DNA of 59,643 bases, the filler included. It is 6 parts of 6 records of this genome, joined end to end, with 100 filler letters (N's around TTAATTAATTAA, not from the genome) between each part and the next. Parts side by side here need not be neighbours in the genome. Positions count along the whole stretch, not along the records: positions 43,702 to 52,490 come from SRR31156797_18740; positions 52,591 to 59,643 come from SRR31156797_18775; 4 more parts are not named here. One strand, given 5' to 3'. The notes under the pieces are model-generated. The model did not search any database and was not told the DNA's origin. It saw nothing but the letters and a program-made list of their open reading frames with translations. Of this stretch, positions 49,307-59,172 are shown piece by piece. The number at the start of each line of letters is the position of its first letter. Position 1 is the stretch's first letter. A program made the translations under genes and the position numbers.

Positions 49307-50933
49307 GGACATCCATTTTTTATAGACTTATCTTCTTCCTTTCTGTTATCCTGTTTCAAGAGAGGCCAAGGAGTCGCTTATCACTATTGCCAGAAAAAAT
49401 ATCGCGCCTGAAGGAGTGGAAGGAGTCTATCACTGCATATCCCGGTGTGTGAGGCAGGCTTTTTTATGCGGATCGGACCAATATTCCGGGCGGTCATACG
49501 AACATCGCCGTGAGTGGATACGGACTAGGCTGGAAGAGTTATCCCACGTATTTGCTATTGAAATCTCGGCCTATGCCGTCATGTCCAACCACTTGCATGT
49601 GGTCCTGCGGACCAGGCCGGACTGGGTTGATGAATGGAATGACGAAGAAATCGCACTACGATGGCTGGCCGTCTTCAATGCGGGGCTCAGCAACGCCGAT
49701 TTAAAAGACGACATTAAAAATAAATTGCTACAGGCACTTCTCAAAAATAAGCCTCGCCTCAAGGAGATTCGATCCAGATTAAGCAGCGTGAGTTGGTTTA
49801 TGCGTTGCCTTAACGAATTCATCGCCCGAAAAGCAAACAGGGAAGATGGTTGCAGAGGGCGATTCTGGGAAGGCCGGTTCAAATGCTTGGCAATTCTCGA
49901 CAAATCCGCGGATTTAGCCTGTATGATTTATGTGGATCTCAATCCTATCCGGGCTAAAATTGCTGAAACACCGGAAGAAAGCGAGTTCACCAGCGCTTAT
50001 GAACGCATTGCGGCCATAAAGCAAAACTCAAAGGTTGATCAAACCGACACAACTCCAACACCCGGCTCATGGCTCTGCCCGATTGGAGACGAAAGCAGTG
50101 AAAAGCAACGCGGTATTTTGTCATTATCGTTAAGTGAATACCTTGATCTTTTGGATTGGACAGGCCGTCAAATAATACAAGGGAAACGAGGGGCCATCCC
50201 AGACAATTTCGGGCCTATCCTCGAACGATTCAAAATCAACCAAGATAAGTGGGTAAGCACGGTTCAAGGATTCGGTCGGATGTTCAAACGCGCCGCCGGC
50301 GGCGTGCAATCAATGACCGATGCCGCTAAAAGAATGGGCCTGCGCCGGCTGTGGGGCTTTCGCGCCGGCAGGGATGCATTCTCAATGAATTGACTCAGAA
50401 GATAAACAAAACAGATGGATAGGGAACTAATCTGATCTGCAAAAAACACATTAAAGCTCCCCTCAAAAAGACCAAATAATAACAATAACATAAAAGAAAA
50501 GAATTAATTTAATGATCCTGCTCATTATTAGATTGCTTCCCAGACCTCATCTCGTAAATATTCTTTGTAAAATGATGCACTTAAACTGAATTTTCCCGGA
50601 TAAGCCTCCGACGTCAGCCGATTGCCTCAGGATTGGCGCAAATTATAAGAATCCAAGGGATGTTAAACCTTACACGCAAAATAGCCTCAGGTGATTGAAT
50701 CAAGTTAATTACTTCTCCCCGATAAGTTAGCCGGCCAATTCGCCATATTAATTAAAATGCTTTAACCATTCAGATTTTCTCATAATTATCAACAAACAAC
50801 GTTTCTTAATGAGGCTCGGTTTCTCATTATTTCTTGCTGATTACTTACCAGCGGTCAGCAAGTTCAATTCCTATTACTATTTGTTTTTAATCTATTATTA
50901 GACAGTTAAATAAATGAATAAAAATGGGTGTCC
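49307..50933 (+). mobile_element. HUH/Y1 transposase element bounded by 14-bp terminal inverted repeats
   Basis: GGACATCCATTTTT (49307-49320) vs reverse complement GGACACCCATTTTT (50920-50933), 13/14 identical. Confidence 0.7.
49380..50393 (+). CDS. Y1/HUH transposase (REP-associated tyrosine transposase-like, IS200 fold)
   Basis: YHCISRCVR, AYAVMSNHLH (HuH), FWEGRFK, YVDLNPIRA (catalytic Tyr); start at ATC 49380 inferred, ORF track gives GTG 49416. Confidence 0.9.
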   Translation: MTIARKNIAPEGVEGVYHCISRCVRQAFLCGSDQYSGRSYEHRREWIRTRLEELSHVFAIEISAYAVMSNHLHVVLRTRPDWVDEWNDEEIALRWLAVFNAGLSNADLKDDIKNKLLQALLKNKPRLKEIRSRLSSVSWFMRCLNEFIARKANREDGCRGRFWEGRFKCLAILDKSADLACMIYVDLNPIRAKIAETPEESEFTSAYERIAAIKQNSKVDQTDTTPTPGSWLCPIGDESSEKQRGILSLSLSEYLDLLDWTGRQIIQGKRGAIPDNFGPILERFKINQDKWVSTVQGFGRMFKRAAGGVQSMTDAAKRMGLRRLWGFRAGRDAFSMN

Positions 50934-51014
50934 TTATTAATTTTAATGTGATCAAATTCGGGCAAATACTTTCACCGCAGGGTAATTTAATGTAAACTTA
51001 CTTAGGGGTGTCGG

Positions 51015-51650
51015 ATGGACTATAACCTTACGCCGAAACATATCCTTGTTTTGTGGAACCTGATATTCACCGGGGCGGAGCCCATGGTTTCAAAAGTTCA
51101 ACCGGCCATGACTCGCGTAGAACGTCAAGTTCTTGAAAAATCAGGTTTTATAGAACTGGACAAAAGAGGCAGGGCTTATCATATCGTACTTACAGACCTG
51201 GCCTGGGCCTGGGCGGCGGACAACCTGGACGCTCCCATTTCTCAGTCCAAGTATTCAACAATCGCCTTGGCAGGCGTCTTGAGCGCGTTGAAAAGGCACA
51301 TTGACTTAAATACTTTTTCACTGGCCGAATTCGCCTGTCCCGATGACGAATATGACGAGGCTGAAGCTGCGGAAACCGATGTCGACATTTCAGCGGCAAT
51401 AAGGCAAGCCTATTTATCAGCTTCGGGCGGCCGGTTATGCGTAAGGGTCAGGTTGGCCGACCTTGCGAATTTTGTGGACGGGGTTTCAAAGTCGGATTTG
51501 GATTACGAGCTTATCAGGATGCAAAGGGAGGGTCTTTATGGTCTGGTCCTTTGGTCTCTTGACGATCCCCAGGATATTAACCCGCCGGATGAGCAGGCGG
51601 CGGTTGATATAGGCGGAATTAAAAGACATATCGTATACATGGAGAATTAA
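51015..51650 (+). CDS. Hypothetical protein with two winged-helix-like domains
   Basis: LEKSGFIELDKRGRAYHIVLTD (wing) and IRQAYL..RVRLADL..AAVDIGG..HIVY C-domain. Confidence 0.7.
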   Translation: MDYNLTPKHILVLWNLIFTGAEPMVSKVQPAMTRVERQVLEKSGFIELDKRGRAYHIVLTDLAWAWAADNLDAPISQSKYSTIALAGVLSALKRHIDLNTFSLAEFACPDDEYDEAEAAETDVDISAAIRQAYLSASGGRLCVRVRLADLANFVDGVSKSDLDYELIRMQREGLYGLVLWSLDDPQDINPPDEQAAVDIGGIKRHIVYMEN

Positions 51651-51655
51651 CAGCA

Positions 51656-52490
51656 ATGAATGGTTTAGCGGCGCTCAGGGCGGCGAATTTCGATTGGGTC
51701 ATGCGTCTGGATGACGTTTGGAGAGACCTGACTTATCACGTTCCGGAACTTAATGCAGCCTTGAGAGAGGACATATTATACCGTTGCCGCCAGGTGGGTT
51801 CCGACCCCAAGGGCATTTCGCCGTTGGGGTGGGTTGTACTGGGCCCGGCCGGGGCCGGAAAAACCCATATGCTGGCCAGTTTGCGCCGCGATTGTTCATC
51901 TTTCGCCAATTTCGTCCTGGTGGATCTGACGGATGTAAACGATTTTTGGGAAAGCGTGCTTCTGGGATTCCTTAATTCATTGCGCGAGCCCGAAAACCAT
52001 CCCCAGTGCAGGATTGTGCTGGAAGAAATGATCCGGAAACTGGGTATATCCCAGGCCAAGGCGGCAAAAAACGTCTCAGCCATGTCAAGGGTGGGCCAGG
52101 CCGCCCTGACTCGCAACAGCAACAAGTTGATCCAGGCTTTAGGTCAAAAATTCATGCGACAGGTTGTGGAGCACCAGGACGTCATCCGGGCGCTGTTGTT
52201 ATTGAATTCGGAAGAGTTTTTATTGAGCAGCCTGGGGTACAACTGGCTGCAGGGGCTCGAATTGGGCGAGGATGAAGCCCGGCTGTCCGGTATGAAAAAA
52301 CAACGGCAGGAACCGATCAAAATATTGAAGGGGCTTTCCTGGGTGATGAGCCTGAGGGGGCCCACAATTCTGGCCCTGGACCAGATGGACGCCATTGTGA
52401 GCGAGCAGCACATTCTTTCCGGCATGACGGGAAAGGACGAGCCTACGGATGAGCAAAAAGCGGCCCAGGCCATTATTGAAGGAATGGGGC
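51656..52490 (+). CDS. P-loop ATPase (3'-truncated)
   Basis: Walker A GPAGAGKT, Walker B ILALDQMD; 5 bp after the previous gene. Confidence 0.82.
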
Positions 52491-52590
52491 NNNNNNNNNN
52501 NNNNNNNNNNNNNNNNNNNNNNNNNNNNNNNNNNTTAATTAATTAANNNNNNNNNNNNNNNNNNNNNNNNNNNNNNNNNNNNNNNNNNNN
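52491..52590. other. Artificial contig linker
   Basis: 44 N + TTAATTAATTAA + 44 N. Confidence 0.98.
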
Positions 52591-53642
52591 GGGACGATCT
52601 CGTTCTTCTTGAACATGACGGGGCGGCCGCTCTCGTTCAGGGACCAGAGAACCCCTCCGGCATCGGAAAGGTAAACCCGGTTTTTCGCGCTGATCAGGGC
52701 CCGGCTCCCTTCGTTCACACGGAACCAGCCGCTGTCCTCAAGGTCGGCGGTTGAGATCCTGCCCTTCAGGTAGGACGGGGTGGATACGGGTGTGAACCGG
52801 GCGCCCTCGGTACTGCTGTGGCTGATCCTGAGGCGGCCTGATCCGCTGCTGCTGAGTACGGTGACGATGCCGTTGGACTGGTCCAGGGAGAAGGAGCGCA
52901 TGTCTTCGACGGTCATGGCGTCCCGGACCTCTCCGTTCAGGCGGTCGATCAGGAAGAGGGAGCTGTCCTTCCGTCCCAGCAGATAGCGTTTGCCTTCCGT
53001 TTGCATGACGCTCAGCTCGTTCAGGTCGGCCTTGGTGGAGGACTCGTTCTTCAGGGACGCCGTGCGGATGTCGTAGAAGCGGAGATAGCCCGAGTTGCTG
53101 TAGGTCATCACCGTGGCTTCCTTGTCTCCGATATAGGCGAAGCTGAACAGGGCGCTCAGCCGTTTCAGGTAGGAGTATTCTCTGCCGGTCTGGCTGTTGT
53201 AGATCACAAGGCTGGGATTGTCCACGCCCGTGGTAAAAAGGAAGCGGCCCTTGCCCGAGTATTCGAACTGTATGGGACGCCCGGAAAGGGTTTTGGTAAA
53301 CTTGTTCCGGCCTGTTCTCCAGTCCCAGACGGAGAGGCCGCTGTAGCCGGGGCGCGTGACAAGGAGGGCCAGTTCATACTTTTCAGGATGAACCTTGACC
53401 TCGATGGAACCGCTCAGCCCCGTATCGAGTCTGTATTCGAGCTTTCTGCTCTGAAGATCCCAGACCTTGACCACCCCGGAATCGTCGCAGGAGACAAGGC
53501 GCCCGCTCCGTTCGTGGTAGGCCATGGAACCGACGGGACTGCTGTGTCCCGAATCTATGACGATTCTGTTGCCGCTCTGAGCCGTCAGGAAGCTCAGGCT
53601 GAACAGGGTGAGGAATAAGGCTGTGCAGATTGTCTTTTTCAT
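52591..53642 (-). CDS. Exported WD40/beta-propeller protein (3'-truncated)
   Basis: Signal peptide MKKTICTALFL; GHSSPV..LVSCDDSGVVKVWD WD repeat. Confidence 0.78.
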
Positions 53643-53643
53643 G

Positions 53644-54999
53644 TCAGGTCCTTGAAAAAAATAGAATATCATTCATGGTTGCGAAGATTATTATCGCGAA
53701 GACGATAACCGTCCCGATCATTTGATAACGGTACAGGGTCACGGGATTAGGCTTGCGCCGCAGTATCCCTTCCGTCAGGAAGAGGAGGATCTGCCCGCCG
53801 TCCAGAACGGGAATGGGCAGGAGGTTCATAATGAAAAGGGCTATATTGATCAGGCCGACGAAGCGGAAGAAGCTCAACAGTCCCTCGCCCGGGCTATTGT
53901 TGAATCCCGAGTAGGCCAGGTCTCCGGTCATGTAGGTGATCCTCAGTGGACCCGAAACGGCGGATTGGAGGTTAATGCCGCTGAACAGAAGCTTCAAGCC
54001 CTTCAGCGAGGCCCGGACGGTGCTCCAGGTTTCTCTCCATCCCTCTTTCAGGGCCGACAGGGGGCGGCCCGAAACGGTTCGCTTCGTCAGGTACGCAAAG
54101 CGAATGTTCCCGGCCGCTTCAGGATCGAAGCCTTCGAGCTTCACCGTTTGCCCGTTCCGTTCCACCGTGAGGGTCAGGAGCTCCCCCTCCGTCATCCCGG
54201 ACAGGGTATGCGAAAGGTCCAGGCCGTGGTCTATCCTCTGCCCGTTGGCGGATGTGATCAGGTCTCCCTCAACCAGTCCCGACGCAACGTTTACCCCGTC
54301 TTCCGTTGCTCTGACGACAGGGGCGATCCAGGGGTAGATGCCCAGGTATCCGGCTCCGCTGTCCTTGTTCATTTCGGGTACGGCCGTGATCTTGACGGTT
54401 CTGCCGGAGCGTTCCACCGTCAGGGCTATGGCCTCCCGGGGATGGATCACGATAGCTTCCTGGAGCTGGTCGAAGCGCTCTATCTCCACTCCGTTTACGG
54501 CGGTCACCAGATCCCCCGTCATCAGGCCGGCCTGATCGGCGGGGTAGTCGCCTCTCTCTGTGTAGGAAGAGGCCATCACGATACGGGACGGGTAGTAGTG
54601 AACCTTGTATCCGATAAGGGCGATCATGAAGAAAATCAGAGACGCGCAGATCAGGTTGGTGAACGGACCGGCAAGGGATACGAGGATGCGCTGCCACCAT
54701 GAGGCGGCGTACATATCGCCCTCGTCCGTGTCGATGCTTCTCGCCTTGCTCTCCCAGGCCTGGAGCATGGCCTGCTCTCCCTGCATCTTGCAGTACCCCC
54801 CCAGGGGGAAAAGGGATATCCTGTACTCCGTATCCCCCCATTTCCGGGCCCAGAGAATCTTGCCCCAGCCGATGGAGAAAGCTTCCACACGGATGCCTGA
54901 CAGACGGGCCAGGATAAAGTGGCCCGCCTCATGAACGACGACCACAAGGGAGAGTCCCAGGAGTCCGAGGAGGATTTTGACTATACCCAACATCAGCAA
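53644..54999 (-). CDS. rseP: RIP metalloprotease RseP
   Basis: HEAGH, AGPFTN, PDZ domains, NLLPIPVLDGG. Confidence 0.95.
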   Translation of the reverse strand: MLMLGIVKILLGLLGLSLVVVVHEAGHFILARLSGIRVEAFSIGWGKILWARKWGDTEYRISLFPLGGYCKMQGEQAMLQAWESKARSIDTDEGDMYAASWWQRILVSLAGPFTNLICASLIFFMIALIGYKVHYYPSRIVMASSYTERGDYPADQAGLMTGDLVTAVNGVEIERFDQLQEAIVIHPREAIALTVERSGRTVKITAVPEMNKDSGAGYLGIYPWIAPVVRATEDGVNVASGLVEGDLITSANGQRIDHGLDLSHTLSGMTEGELLTLTVERNGQTVKLEGFDPEAAGNIRFAYLTKRTVSGRPLSALKEGWRETWSTVRASLKGLKLLFSGINLQSAVSGPLRITYMTGDLAYSGFNNSPGEGLLSFFRFVGLINIALFIMNLLPIPVLDGGQILLFLTEGILRRKPNPVTLYRYQMIGTVIVFAIIIFATMNDILFFSRT

Positions 55000-56120
55000 G
55001 CGGCCTCCAGGTAGGAACGGGCGTCCCTTCGGGCGCCTTCGTCCTTGTTCAGTATCTCGCCTACCGTCAGGGAGGGCTGTGACCAGTCGGAGGCGAGCAC
55101 GTGCTCGGTCACTCCGGATATGGCGGTGTAGGGGATCCTCTCTTTCAGGAAGGCGTCGACGGCGATCTCGTTAGCCGCGTTATAGGCTATGGAGTAGGAA
55201 CCCTCCCTGCGGGCGCACTCGAAGGCCAGGCCCAGCATGGGGAACCTGACGAGGTCGGGTTCGAAGAACTCCAGGGTTTTTCCGGCCAGGTCCAGGTAGG
55301 TCCAGGGGACCTCCCGCATGGAGGGGTAGAAGAGGGCGTCCTGGATGGGAAGCCTCATATCCGGTTCGCTGATCTGGGCGTAGAGGGCCATGTCCTTGGT
55401 TCTGACCAGGGAGTGGACATAGCTCTGGGGGTGGATAAGGACCTTGATCCTGTCGATATCGAAATCGAAAAGCTGCTGGGCCTCAATGACCTCCAGGCCC
55501 TTGTTGGCCATGGTAGCCGAATCGATGGTGATCTTGGCTCCCATGTCCCATGTGGGATGGGCCAGGGCGTCCTCCAGGCTAATGGAGGAGAAGTCCTCGA
55601 TCGCTCTGTTTCGGAAGGGCCCGCCCGAGGCCGTCAGTATCAGCTCGGAGACCTGGTCCTTCCTGCGGGATTCCAGCAGCTGGAAGAGGGCGGAGTGCTC
55701 TGAGTCGACCGGGAGGAGGCGCCTGCCGTGGACCGAGGCGAGGTGCTTGATCAGGGGGCCGGCCAGGACCATGGACTCCTTGTTCGCCAGGGCCAGGTCT
55801 ATACCGCATTCCAGTATCCTGACCGAGGGGCGCAGGCCGCTGGCGCCGACGATGCCGTTGACGGCGATGTCCGCTCCCGACTCCTCTATCAACCTCAGGA
55901 TCCCTTCCTCGCCCTTGTGGGCGATTCGATCGGAATCGGGATCCCTGCCGCTGAGGCAGAGCATGGCCTCGGGAAAGTCGCGTCCATCGGATAACAGCTC
56001 CGTCTCGTTGGCATGGGCTTGCAGGCCCACGAGACGGAACTCGTCGGGATGGCTGCGTATTATATCGAGGGTGCTCCGGCCGATAGAGCCGGTGCAGCCC
56101 AGAATCAGTACTTTTATCAT
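54993..56120 (-). CDS. dxr: 1-deoxy-D-xylulose-5-phosphate reductoisomerase
   Basis: LGCTGSIG, LANKES, PVDSEHSA, TASGGPF, HPTWDMGAKITIDSATMANKGLE. Confidence 0.98.
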   Translation of the reverse strand: MIKVLILGCTGSIGRSTLDIIRSHPDEFRLVGLQAHANETELLSDGRDFPEAMLCLSGRDPDSDRIAHKGEEGILRLIEESGADIAVNGIVGASGLRPSVRILECGIDLALANKESMVLAGPLIKHLASVHGRRLLPVDSEHSALFQLLESRRKDQVSELILTASGGPFRNRAIEDFSSISLEDALAHPTWDMGAKITIDSATMANKGLEVIEAQQLFDFDIDRIKVLIHPQSYVHSLVRTKDMALYAQISEPDMRLPIQDALFYPSMREVPWTYLDLAGKTLEFFEPDLVRFPMLGLAFECARREGSYSIAYNAANEIAVDAFLKERIPYTAISGVTEHVLASDWSQPSLTVGEILNKDEGARRDARSYLEAAC

Positions 56121-56144
56121 AAATTATCCTCAGCTGACTCGGGT

Positions 56145-56990
56145 TCAAACGGTCATGTAATGGAGAAAGTAGTAGAATACCGGCGCCGTCAGAAGCAGGG
56201 AGTCTATGGAGTCCAGCAGTCCTCCCCGTCCCATGACTATGCTTCCCGAGTCCTTCACTCCCGAAGCCCTCTTGATTCCCGATTCGACCAGGTCTCCCAG
56301 GATGGTTGTGGCCCCGGCTGTCAGGCCGAGCACTGTTACCGCCCAGAGAGGTCCCTGTATTATATGAGGAAACAGATATCGGCTGGCAATGGTTACAACC
56401 AGGGAGGCGAAAATCCCGCCGGCGAAGCCGACGAGGCTCTTGTTGGGGCTGACGGTAAAGATATTTCTGCGGGAGTTCTTCCCGAAGAACACCCCGACGA
56501 ACCAGGCGTTCGAATCGTTCAGATAGACGGTGAGAACGAAAATGGCCAGGATGTGGCTCGCGTACTCGAAGCCGGTCAGTCTGATGATGTAGGTCAGTAA
56601 GAAACCGGGGTAGAACAGGCAGAGCAGGCTGCCCGCGGCGCCCTCCAGGAGTCCCTTGAAGCTGACGTTCGCCATGGCGAAGATGGGAACCGTCAGAACC
56701 AGGAGCACGGCGGCGAGGATGTACATCAGGAAAGCCGTCTCAGGGAGGACGCCCAGAACGATCAGATAGGTCATGACGGGCATCAGGCCGGAAGCGGCGG
56801 TGATAACCTTGACGGGTACCCGGAATCCGGCGTGGCGCAGCATCCGGGCCATTTCATTGGTTCCCAGGAGGGTGATCGCCAGGACGGCGACATTCACAAG
56901 GAGATGGTGGCCCCAGGATACCAGGATCATCAGGATGATCAGAGGCAGAGCCACGGCAAATAGTAGAAAGCGTTTCTGTGTATTGGTCAT
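56145..56990 (-). CDS. cdsA: Phosphatidate cytidylyltransferase
   Basis: SPNKS, GDLVESGIKRASGVKDSG..GRGGLLDSIDS. Confidence 0.96.
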   Translation of the reverse strand: MTNTQKRFLLFAVALPLIILMILVSWGHHLLVNVAVLAITLLGTNEMARMLRHAGFRVPVKVITAASGLMPVMTYLIVLGVLPETAFLMYILAAVLLVLTVPIFAMANVSFKGLLEGAAGSLLCLFYPGFLLTYIIRLTGFEYASHILAIFVLTVYLNDSNAWFVGVFFGKNSRRNIFTVSPNKSLVGFAGGIFASLVVTIASRYLFPHIIQGPLWAVTVLGLTAGATTILGDLVESGIKRASGVKDSGSIVMGRGGLLDSIDSLLLTAPVFYYFLHYMTV

Positions 56991-57688
56991 GATTTAACTC
57001 CGCCGAACCGTCTTTCGCGGCCCTTGAAACTGTCTATGGCTTCTTTCAGGTCAGCCGGACCGAAGTCGGGCCATAGCTTGTCGGAATAGTATAGCTCCGC
57101 ATAGGCGATCTGCCAGATCAGGAAATTGCTGATCCTCGTATCGCCGCCGGTTCTGATCATGAGATCCACCGGAGGCATATCGGGACAGTCCATGTTCTGT
57201 TCCAGTATCCCGCTGTTCAGAGCCTCTCCCGGACGGGAGGCTATGTGCTTGTTTACGGCGCGGACGATCTCGTCCCGGCCGCCGTAGTTTATCAGAAGGT
57301 TTACCGTCAGCCCGTCAAAGGAAGCGGTCTGCTCGGTAACCGTGGTTATCTCTTTCTGTATGTCAGGGGGGAGGCGCTTCAGGTCGCCGCTGTGGACGAC
57401 CCGGATGCCGTTGTCCTTGTAGAACTGGTACTCCTTCTTGAGATAGCTCTTGATGAGCACCATAAGGAAGGAGATCTCATCCTCCGTCCGCTTCCAGTTT
57501 TCCGTGGAAAAGACATAGAGGGAGAGGTTCTTTATCCCCATATCCGAGGCAGCCTTGACGACGGCCTTGGCTGCGTTCAGACCCTCCCTGTGGCCGGCGG
57601 AACGGATCTGGCCCCGGCTCTTCGCCCAACGGCCGTTCCCGTCCATGATGATCCCTATATGAGAGGGGTTGCTGTCGGCGGAATCCAT
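56987..57688 (-). CDS. uppS: Undecaprenyl diphosphate synthase
   Basis: HIGIIMDGNGRWA, FSTENWKR, IRTGG..RISNFLIWQ. Confidence 0.98.
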   Translation of the reverse strand: MDSADSNPSHIGIIMDGNGRWAKSRGQIRSAGHREGLNAAKAVVKAASDMGIKNLSLYVFSTENWKRTEDEISFLMVLIKSYLKKEYQFYKDNGIRVVHSGDLKRLPPDIQKEITTVTEQTASFDGLTVNLLINYGGRDEIVRAVNKHIASRPGEALNSGILEQNMDCPDMPPVDLMIRTGGDTRISNFLIWQIAYAELYYSDKLWPDFGPADLKEAIDSFKGRERRFGGVKS

Positions 57689-58230
57689 CAGATCTCCATT
57701 ATTTCCTTTTCTTTTTCGTCGATAAGCTTGCCGATGTCTTTGATGTACTGGTCTGTCAGTTTCTGGATCTCGTCCATTCCCTTCTTCTGCTCGTCCTCTG
57801 TGAACTCGCCCTTCTTGATGGCGTCGTTGGTGTCCCTTCTGATGTTGCGGATGGACACGCGGCTGTTTTCGCCGATGTTCTTGGCCTGTTTTACCAGTTC
57901 CTTACGTCTTTCCTCTGTGAGGGGGGGGATATTGATACGGATGACCTTGCCGTCGTTGTTGGGGTTCAGAGAGAGTTCCGAGGTCTGGATGGCCTTTTCG
58001 ATGTCACCCAGCGCGTTCTTGTCGAAGGGCTGGATAACGATCAGCCTGGCCTCGGGGATGGATATGTTGGCCACCTGGCTCATGGGGGTGGGGGTACCGT
58101 AGTATTCAACATTCACCTTGTCGAAGAGGCTGGCGGAGGCTCTTCCCGTTCTGATTGTGTTAAACTCGTCCTTAAGGGCCTTAAGGGTCTTTTTCATCCG
58201 CTCTTCTGCGTCTTTCTTTACCGTTTCCAT
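57688..58230 (-). CDS. frr: Ribosome recycling factor
   Basis: IRTGRA, YYGTPTP, PPLTEERRKELVK. Confidence 0.98.
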   Translation of the reverse strand: METVKKDAEERMKKTLKALKDEFNTIRTGRASASLFDKVNVEYYGTPTPMSQVANISIPEARLIVIQPFDKNALGDIEKAIQTSELSLNPNNDGKVIRINIPPLTEERRKELVKQAKNIGENSRVSIRNIRRDTNDAIKKGEFTEDEQKKGMDEIQKLTDQYIKDIGKLIDEKEKEIMEI

Positions 58231-58320
58231 AGTCTCTCCTTCAGCTGTCTGCGGCGGGATAACCGCTTATAAATGTAAACACCCCCTATGATAACACAGG
58301 GGGCGTCGGAATGAAAAGAT

Positions 58321-59163
58321 TTACGCCTCTTCGCCTACGCTCATGTAGATGTAGTCGGTCAGCTCAATCTTTCCGCCTGCGGCCTTGGCTACTTCAGCCA
58401 CAGCCTGGGATACGGAAAGCTTGTCGTTCTTTACGAAGGCCTGATCTACAAAACAGATCTGGGCCAGGTGCTTGTTCAGCTTACCCTTGACGATGCCGGC
58501 GATAACCTTCTCGGGCTTGTCCATATTGGCAGCCTGGGCCATGAAGATCTCTTCCTGCTCTTTCAGGTAGGACGCGTCTACGGCGCCGCGGTTCAGGTAG
58601 CTGGGGTTGAAAGCGGCCGCGTGGAGGGCCAGGTCCAGACCCAGGGCCTTGACCTCGTCCTTGGCAGCGGTTTCGGCGCTGTCGCAGCTCAGCTTTACCA
58701 TAACGCCGATCTGTCCGTTGTTGTGGAGGTAGTCCACAACAGCGTCGCTGTCGGAAACGTCCATGGACTTGATTCTCTTAACGCCCATGTTCTCTTTCAG
58801 CACGGAGATGGCTTCCTTGACCAGGAGCTCGACATCGCCGTTAACTTCGGCTACGCTGTTCTCGGCTACGAAAGCGGCGATCTTCTTACCGTTCTCGGCG
58901 AATACCTTGTTCTTGGCTACGAAGTCGGTCTCGCAGTTCAGCTCGATGGCGGCTGCGGTGCTTCCGGCAACGGCGGTGAATACGGCACCGGCTTCGGTGG
59001 AGCGTCCGCTTCTCTTGTCGGCGCTGGCCAGTCCCTTTTCCTTCAGGATCTTCTCGGCGGCGGCGAAATCGCCGTCGGCTTCGATCAGAGCCTTCTTGCA
59101 ATCCAGCATTCCTGCCAGGGTCTTGTCTCTCAGTTTCTTTACGTCAGCGGGTGATACTGCCAT
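58321..59163 (-). CDS. tsf: Elongation factor Ts
   Basis: VKKLRDKTLAGMLDCKKAL, ELNCETDFVA. Confidence 0.98.
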   Translation of the reverse strand: MAVSPADVKKLRDKTLAGMLDCKKALIEADGDFAAAEKILKEKGLASADKRSGRSTEAGAVFTAVAGSTAAAIELNCETDFVAKNKVFAENGKKIAAFVAENSVAEVNGDVELLVKEAISVLKENMGVKRIKSMDVSDSDAVVDYLHNNGQIGVMVKLSCDSAETAAKDEVKALGLDLALHAAAFNPSYLNRGAVDASYLKEQEEIFMAQAANMDKPEKVIAGIVKGKLNKHLAQICFVDQAFVKNDKLSVSQAVAEVAKAAGGKIELTDYIYMSVGEEA

Positions 59164-59172
59164 AGTGATCTC

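Noticed and set aside
49301-50939. Target-site duplication TTATTT/TTATTA
   Set aside because: Imperfect and AT-rich, and Y1 enzymes do not normally create TSDs; not claimed.
58231-58320. pyrH missing between tsf and frr
   Set aside because: This gene order is normal in spirochaetes; there is no pseudogene trace in the 90-bp gap.
53722-59154. Long plus-strand ORFs antisense to rseP, dxr, uppS/frr and tsf
   Set aside because: Shadow frames expected from high GC3 codon usage; no protein motifs.
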